Part shown: piece after piece, positions 46,877 to 54,207 of the stretch
How positions within the stretch are numbered: the stretch's first letter is position 1
Layout: the number at the start of each line of letters is the position of its first letter
Source: Catajapyx aquilonaris
Lineage: Eukaryota
Direction: 5' to 3'
NCBI GenBank assembly: GCA_000934665.2
Contig: JYFJ02002599.1
Location: 1-54,207 of the forward strand
Length of the DNA: 54,207 nucleotides
Made by a program: the position numbers and the translations under genes
Notes under the pieces: model-generated
What the model saw: only the letters and a program-made list of their open reading frames with translations
What the model was told of the DNA's origin: nothing
Database searches by the model: none

Positions 46877-49800
46877 ATTGGAAGTTGCAAAAACCTGACA
46901 GTTACTCTGCGTAAATCTTTTTGGCAGGCCTGGAATCTACGAATCTCAGTTTGTGTTTTTTACCAATGGCTTTACCTGCTTCATTTGATTGCATTGCAAA
47001 CGATGAACCATAAGTTGATTCCATCCTGTACTTATGCAGTGCATCTGCTTCATCGTTTCCGAACTTTTCATTTTGGTAAATTCCGTGTCCGTTGTCCAAT
47101 CCTCGTTCAGGTGGGGGAGGCGGTGGGGGAGGTGTAAATCTGAAATGATCAAAATTTCGCACTCAAAAAAATCGAGGTAATTACACACCACCATACTTTT
47201 CCGATTTTGTTGATTGGTACGAGTCATGCTCTTGTCCCAACTTCACGTCTAGCTGGAGGGTAGTGTCGTCGAATTCTGCAAACTCAGGAGGAGGAGGGAT
47301 AGATCCAGGTGAGTAGATACCTTCTTCTGGAGCTTCATCCCCATGGTTTTTGCTTGTCTGGGCTCTTTTATAGCGATCTTCCGCCATCTGAACAGGGGGA
47401 GGTGTGGGTGGCCTCCCATTCACTTCGTCCTGTTGATCCTCGCTGGATATGTAAATGTCCTCGTAATCATTGTCAGCAGCTGGATCACTCAACTCGGAGT
47501 AACTCTCGTCCGAATTGCCGGAATTTCGAGGCGTGTCAACCGATCCTTAGAAGTAAGGCAAAGGACAAGTTAACACTAAATTGGATAGAAGTCCTTATTT
47601 TAGACTGTATTTTCATTTCAAAAATGTCCTCCAACATATTCACATAGCTCCCCTTAATTGGCTTGATAATTTCGTATTTACAAAATCCATGTCAAAGTAG
47701 CCTATTATCAAGTGCATACATGTATGCCACGTCATTAGCAGAAGTAGACAAAAGCACCGTTACTTGGGTCAGGTGCAAAAAATCTGCACAAATTTTCCTT
47801 CTTATGACAATTAGATCGACATACATAGGAGGATCTTGCATATGTGCACCATATGCTACTACCATAAGAGGACACTCACCTTCCATGGATCCATTTCTTG
47901 AATCTTTGTTAGGAAAATTCTCCCCTATTTCTGCATATCCGCTCTCTGACCCGCTGTCACTTCCACCCGAATTCTTGGACTGAGATTCTTGAAACAAATC
48001 TCGAGCCCTTTCATCCAAATTGGCCAAATCCTTCCATGGTTGATGCAGAAAGAACCCTTGGTCTCCATTCCTGCGTTGTTTGCTAAAAGTAGCAAGTTAT
48101 TAGCCTACATCCCATAATTGGCCCAATTAAATATGTGACACACTATTATTGTATTTCAGATAGTGTGTTATGTGGTTGGACATTTCATGATGTAATTATT
48201 GCATCATGAAATGTCCAACCACATAATAATTTTTTTTTGTACAAATGTTAGATCACTTATGGTCACCTGCAATCGCAATTAGAGGCCCCACTTCCTTTGA
48301 GGTTGAGCGTTTTGGCCCTGTCGACATGCTTGTTCTTCCCCTGCTTGTTCATCCTGGATTCTGCCCATCGGGTGCTGACCCGTGTGGTCCCAGGGTCACT
48401 CTGATGCGAGGGCAGGTAGACCTCCTCTGGGTGCTGTCCGCATCCCCGGCCGGATGAGGAGCGGGGAGGGTGCAGGAAGAAGGGTTCTCTCTCCCGAGGA
48501 GACGAAGACGCCAAAGGACCTCCGCCACTCGTCGCCGGAGGAACACCAGGAACCACACTCGAGTCCTCTGCTCCGCCGTTCTGCACAACCTAGAAGCGGA
48601 TATCAATGAACTTGGGTAAGGTCACAACTTATTACACAATATAATTAGGGCTACTTTCTGATCAAACCCAGTATGTGCAATGGTCAGTCATTACAAACGT
48701 AATTGTAATTATTGAATAAATATTTATCAGAATTTACTAAACACAATGCACTGACAAGGAAGTGCAATATTTATTACACTTGCAGTAATTACTGTTTAGA
48801 TTGTACAAGTTGCTATGTACAACACGGTGGCACGGAAATTGGGACATTAATTTGCTTAATAAGATGTGCGTCACGTGTTTCAAGTTTCGCGTAATGGCTT
48901 TGTCTTGTGAGAAGCAGGGCTGAAGATGTGTAGTACAGTACATGCCTATTATAAACATGTTTGCATAGAAGCCGTGTTTTTTAAAAAAAGTTGATGTTAA
49001 CTCCCAGAAGTCAAAGGTCACGTGAAGGCGGCGAGGGTGGTGATTACTTAATCAAGGCGAATAATTTGTTGAATCCGACAGCAGACAACCTTCTTGACTA
49101 ATTAGTTCAGATCATGATCGCTTCAGATATACAAAAAGAAAACGGCGTTTCCATACACAGTAGCCAATAATATAAGTTTATGAACGGTCATCATAACACT
49201 ATAGCTATATCATTGCTAATACTACGGATCAGTAAGTACCTATGAAATGGCAGGCCTTGCCATTAATGATTAAATGGCAAGTAAAACAGTTATCTTTAAC
49301 TGGACGTGACCATTGGTTCTTATAGCTACTTATTCTGAATGAATCCAAACCGCAACTCACCAATCCATTTTTGCCATTTTGGTGACACACACATTTGCTG
49401 GCCTTGAACTCTTCCTTGATGTGAAACGGACCGTTGTCGTACGCCCCGGAACCAGTACCATACATGATAAGGACAGATAAACACTGAAAAAAGAGCAAGC
49501 ATAAAAAGACTCAACAATAATAGCATGCAAGGTCACTATGTCGAATTGAATAACCCACCTTCAACCCTAACAATCGGTAATTTTAACTCGGTCACTTCAT
49601 TCTAAACGCGACAGTCACGCGCACCAGAAAGTTCCGGTTGTATGAACGCAAATTTCTGATCATGCATCACCGTATATAATTCGGAAATTTAAAAAAAATA
49701 TATACAAGTACAATAAAATCAGTAATTTATCAAAAAATGTGTTGATGTCAAAATGTAAATAAAGACTCACCTCCATGTGCTCATTGTCAGCCGCGTAGTT

Positions 49801-52800
49801 GATAGGTCCTTTACCGGCCATGTCAAAGGTCAGAGAGGCTCCGGTGGCCAGCAGCCAACGGACAACCTCAGTGTGTCCTTTCTTGGCCGCCAGATGCAGG
49901 GCAGTGGATCCATCTGAATCCGCAGCATTTGGGTCCATTCCTTGCTCCTCAACCTGACAGGATAAAACGAGGTCTATTTGGTGACGCTTCTTAGAATTCG
50001 GCCTATCACAAGTCTGTGTCCTCCCTTCCTAACGATCCCAAATTATGAATTGTTGGTCATACAATATAAAAAAAGGGGGGGTTGTATAAAAGGAGAAAAC
50101 CGGAGCAAAGCGAGATAGACCACAAACGGTGCAGATTGCTGCGGGAATTTCACAACTGAGAGGTTGTGAATGAGGAGGAAAAGAGGTGAAATCCGATCTT
50201 TTTGTTTCTGAGGCTGTATGAAAGAGGAAACATTGCGGTTGCCCTACGAGAATTTTTATATCAAGAAAAATGAAATTCCATTGCTGTTTTGCGTTCTGAA
50301 AAAATGAGGTGTAACGCCTCCCTTCTAAAAAAATTGGTGAAAATTAAAGTGCGGTATGCATGAGCAAACAAAGAAGGGGAACAAAAATCCGTGGGAATTT
50401 TATTTGAGACTTACCAACCACCGAAGACAGGAGACGCAGCCCATGCTCGCGGCTTCGTGAACTGACTTCATGCCACCAGTTTTGTGACTTTCCTCACGAT
50501 TCTGTTGTTTATGTTGTTGTTGTTGGGGACTGTGGAGGTATCGAAGCGCATCCACTGCTGCTTCCACTGCTACGGCGCCAGCATTTCCATTGGTCTCAAG
50601 AGCACTGGAAAAAAAGAAGAAGACGAGGCCAGACGTGTCAGTCAGTCACACGCAGTTGGCTTCCTCCATAAAGAGCCACCCTTACGTATCTAGACAGAAA
50701 CGAACGGACCAAGACTGCCTCAAAACCCTTTCATCAATGCCATCATCATCTTCTGAGAAAGACAGTAATATCCGACCTCCATGTCCTCATTCTACCTGAA
50801 TTTTAGCCTACTCGTTTGCAACTTTTTTTAAAATAAAAAAAATGAAGGCAAAGTAGGTTAAGCAAGGTCAGTTCCAATTGGCCATTAATGGCATGTAATT
50901 TTTTTTTATATTAGTGGTTATGGACATTGGGTACAGTCCAAGCCTTTTTGCCGACTCTTCCTGGCACCTAAATCTTAACAAGCTGTCCAGTAGGTGTGCT
51001 TGTTGCACAGTTAGGGGTTAAGGTGTAAGGTCGGGTCATTTGGAGGATTGTAGGCTAACGCAAGGGTCGTGATCGTATGGACACGACGAACCAGTAAGGA
51101 GCAGGCCCTTCTGTAGGTCAAGGCGAGATATTTATCCTGCTTGACCGGTTAAAAGTCTTTCAACCTTGGCAATGGGCAGAAAAAGATGACGGTTTTCAAA
51201 AAAATTGCTTACTGTTTGTGACAGATTGACAAGTTCGTGTTCACTGTCTTTCTGACTTGGAGTTACGATGTGCAGAAGCGACAGAGTTCTCACGAGGTGA
51301 CCTCGAGAGCATGTGACTAATAATTACAAAATGGGGGCACATATTTATTATTGGCTTCGAATATTAAATATGCAATATTTACTATCTTAGTTTTTTGAAC
51401 CGAATGTTGCGAAATTTTTGCCTCCGGGTTAGCTGTTTATACGAGCTTCCTTTTCCATCACGCACCGTGACTGTCACATGCATAATATGCAACATTTACT
51501 TGCAAAGTAGCCTACTTGGAAACACCAACCGCCTTTCATGTCGGCCTAAGTACAAGGCAGGCAATTTGTGGTTGCGCCTTATTATTTGCTTCTCGCCGGG
51601 TGGAGCCTTTTAAATGTAATGTTTATTACCCGTTATTTCAGCGAAAGGTTTATTGCTCCCGTAACACGTGAAGCTAAGAGTGCTCACGATATACATTTTC
51701 GAAAAATCTGCCCCAAACAGTTATAATTTCCTGATGTATTAGGTAAGGCGTGCAGCATACCATGTGCGAAAAAGTTGATGGCGCGTTAATTTACGCAGAT
51801 GGCCATTCGGCGCAATGTACCAGGCAATAAAAGTTAATGTGCTGAAATGTTGCATAAAATGCCGGAGCCGTCGCACTAATTTGCGAACAAGCGGAACTAC
51901 GAGTGAAGTTGGTTATCACGTATCGGCCAGATAATTAACTAACGCCATCATTGAAACCTGAATTTTCAGTTAAGTGAAAAATCACTTCCGCGACTCATTT
52001 TACAGTTAAGGAATGCTCAGTACTGCGACAATCAATCAGCAATTAATATACTCTACCTTCCAGTAGGTATTTCGCTCCATAACTTCCCAATGCTCGAACT
52101 TTTTGCACGACTGTTTGCAAGCGATAAAAAGTTAATTTGATTGTAGTATGTGTTTTCCTGATCGTCCTCATTAGCGCCCCAATCAATCAGCATAGGTGTG
52201 GCCGATGCACACCTTTCAGAAGAATCGGTTTCAGCTCCATTCTTCGAGTTGAGATGCCTTTGCAAGCTGCTGGTCTGGCAGAATGACAATAAAGGAGCTG
52301 TTGTGGGTCCCGGTTCGTCCACCATGTCCAGCAAGTGTAGTCCTGTACAGCTGCTTGCCAGGTTGCTGGCTATAGACTTCCTCACGTACGCTGGTATGTC
52401 TTCCATCGCTATGTGGCTGACCTCACTTAAGGACTTTTCCTGCTTGACCTTATCAGGCTGAGGCATTTCTGCCACCTCTTTCTTATTCACAATCGGAGTT
52501 GACACTCTGGCTTGCTCTTGGTGAACAACTTCTCTGTGCACATGAACTTGAGGACTGTAAGCTCTCTCAGGAATCTGAGGACTGGCTTCTCTTCGGGCAC
52601 TGCTAGGTCTCTCATGTTTGTCTTTTGGGACTTGAGGACTGCATGTCCTCTCGAGTTTGACATGACGATTGTCCTCTCTTGGGACTTGCGGACTGCAGGT
52701 TCTCTCAGGTTTGACTTGAGGAACTTGAGGACTGGCATGTCTCCGAGATTGAGGACTAGCGTCTCTGTGCACTTGGAGATGGACCTTTTGATGGACCTGA

Positions 52801-54123
52801 GGACTGATGTCCTTTCTACGACTCTCATGGAGAGTGTTTCGGTTGTTGCGATGGTCGTGAGGAATCGGCTCTAGTTTGATTATAGTCTCGGCATTTGAGG
52901 ACTGTATTATTTTAGTTCTGCATGGTGGGTTGGATGATGGAGGCGGTGGGGGTAGCTCGTTGCATTGTCGGCGACAATCCCGCAATTTGCTGACATCGTG
53001 TCTTCGGGCTGGTGGCATTGGAGCCATTCCTTTTGAGTGATGAACTCCGTTTCCGGAACTCTTTCTAGTCCTGGACAAAAAATGAGATAAAATAGCATTT
53101 TCAAGCTGGAGGAAAGTGTGACACAGATGCTTCTTCCGTTTTTTTATCGGGCTGAACATTTTCATGCTCAAAAGCTTTGTTCCGGCTTTTAAAAAGTGTG
53201 TATGTATGATACGGTGGTCGGTCATCTTGGCTGTGTCAACGAGAACTCGCGGATGTAAAAGGTACTGGAGCTGAGCTATTTTCGTGACTCTTTGACACAA
53301 AAGAAGGAAGGCGTATCCATTCCATGCGGTTAGATACTGCATATTATAATGGGGAAGCCAATACCCATATTTTGCTTTCGATTTGCAATGGTCTAACCCG
53401 TTATAACCGCGCCTCAAAAAGCAATTTAGTAACACTCTCTCCACGAATCGAAACGACTTTGGAAGGAGCATCAATCACATCGGGAAGATATAGCGGAAGG
53501 GTGTGAAATATCCATTGTTGCAATCCATACCGAGACGGAAGTTGCCTTTGAAGCTGCTGGTTGTCCGCCAACGACTGCATGCTGAAGAACTTTTCCATCA
53601 GCGGATTTCTCATGCTCATCGGAAGACCAGGTTGAAAGAGTTCATATGTTTCGCTATGGGCTCGGTATATTTCCTCCTCCTCTTGGGGCAGTTCCTCCTT
53701 CTCCGGATGCAGTCTGAACCCTTTCTTACCGGAAAATGTTCCAAACCTCTTGAACTTGGGACAATTTGTAGGGCCCAGACTTCGGTCCATGAACTGGTAA
53801 GCCCCACTCGGAGTCGCAGGCAATGGTGGTCCACAGATCGGATGCAACGGCGACCTTCTTCCGGACAACCCTTCCGGATGGGGCTCGCCACTTGGGACAG
53901 CCGAGATTCCATCATGAAACTGCTGGGGATGCTGGCGTACCCGCTTCTTCTTCTTCTTCGGTTCCCGGTAGAACCAAGTGTAGTTTCGAGAAGCCAGGCC
54001 CCATCCTTTGGGTTGCTCACACTGAGGGTTGTCACCGGAAGGAAACTTGTTCCATGATTCCTCCCCGGTTGATTCGACGCAGCAATAGCACGTTCCACTG
54101 GAGGAGCTCAAGACACACCCCAT
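44389..54123 (-). CDS. forked: Espin/forked actin-bundling protein, ~1447 aa, 14 exons
   Basis: Exons 54123-53531, 53070-52057, 50604-50415, 49953-49771, 49483-49361, 48589-48267, 48082-47880, 47545-47197, 47139-46976, 46266-45945, 45456-45167, 45096-44918, 44861-44671, 44608-44389, all phase-consistent. Ankyrin repeats ([19 protein letters not shown]), [40 protein letters not shown], actin-bundling module [15 protein letters not shown]...IPAWKRQLL. Linkage of the first two exons is less certain. Confidence 0.88.
45702..45926. repeat. Inverted-repeat-bounded element (MITE-like) in an espin intron
   Basis: acgttgacattacgaagttac ... gtaacttcgtgaggtcaacgt (21 bp, 2 mismatches). Confidence 0.55.
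46501..46647. repeat. Short inverted repeat, probable MITE remnant
   Basis: gaaatagcgccagtt ... aactggcgctatttc (15 bp perfect). Confidence 0.55.
46832..46877. repeat. (AATA)n microsatellite
   Basis: About 11 perfect units seen directly. Confidence 0.95.
48168..48226. repeat. Perfect 25-bp inverted repeat with 9-nt spacer
   Basis: ttatgtggttggacatttcatgatg-taattattg-catcatgaaatgtccaaccacataa. Confidence 0.92.
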
Positions 54124-54207
54124 CTTCTAATAGTACCTGTCACGTGCGACACCCATGCCGGCACAACTAGCACACCACACTTGCTCACTGACACTCGGCG
54201 ACTGAGT

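Noticed and set aside
1..54207. CRISPR arrays, rRNA, autonomous transposase or reverse-transcriptase ORFs
   Set aside because: No regular repeat-spacer array, rRNA motif or DDE/RT coding signature seen.

Overview
Eukaryotic (arthropod, probably crustacean; inferred) intron-rich genomic DNA, not prokaryotic. I assembled exon models by hand from splice signals and reading-frame phase. Left to right: the probable 5' exon of a gene leaving the window (-); a cryptic ~183-aa multi-exon orphan gene (-); cryptic exons downstream of an F-box/LRR gene (-); that F-box/LRR gene, whose ATG lies only 15 nt after the stop of TMEM107 (-; with a U12-type intron); the frayed/OSR1/SPAK kinase (-); a secreted cystine-knot protein spread over ~12 kb (+); DUS3L (-); a two-exon orphan gene abutting DUS3L (-); a Reeler-DOMON protein (+); and espin/forked with an unusual N-terminus (-). 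Mobile DNA includes a nest of three TA-targeting MITEs plus a SINE in TMEM107 intron 2, a Harbinger-type MITE and further SINEs. The most notable signal is the promoter-less TMEM107/F-box-LRR pairing (candidate polycistronic transcript). Also notable are an operon-like junction before DUS3L and frequent GC-AG/AAG splice sites. No databases were searched; family calls rest on recalled motifs.
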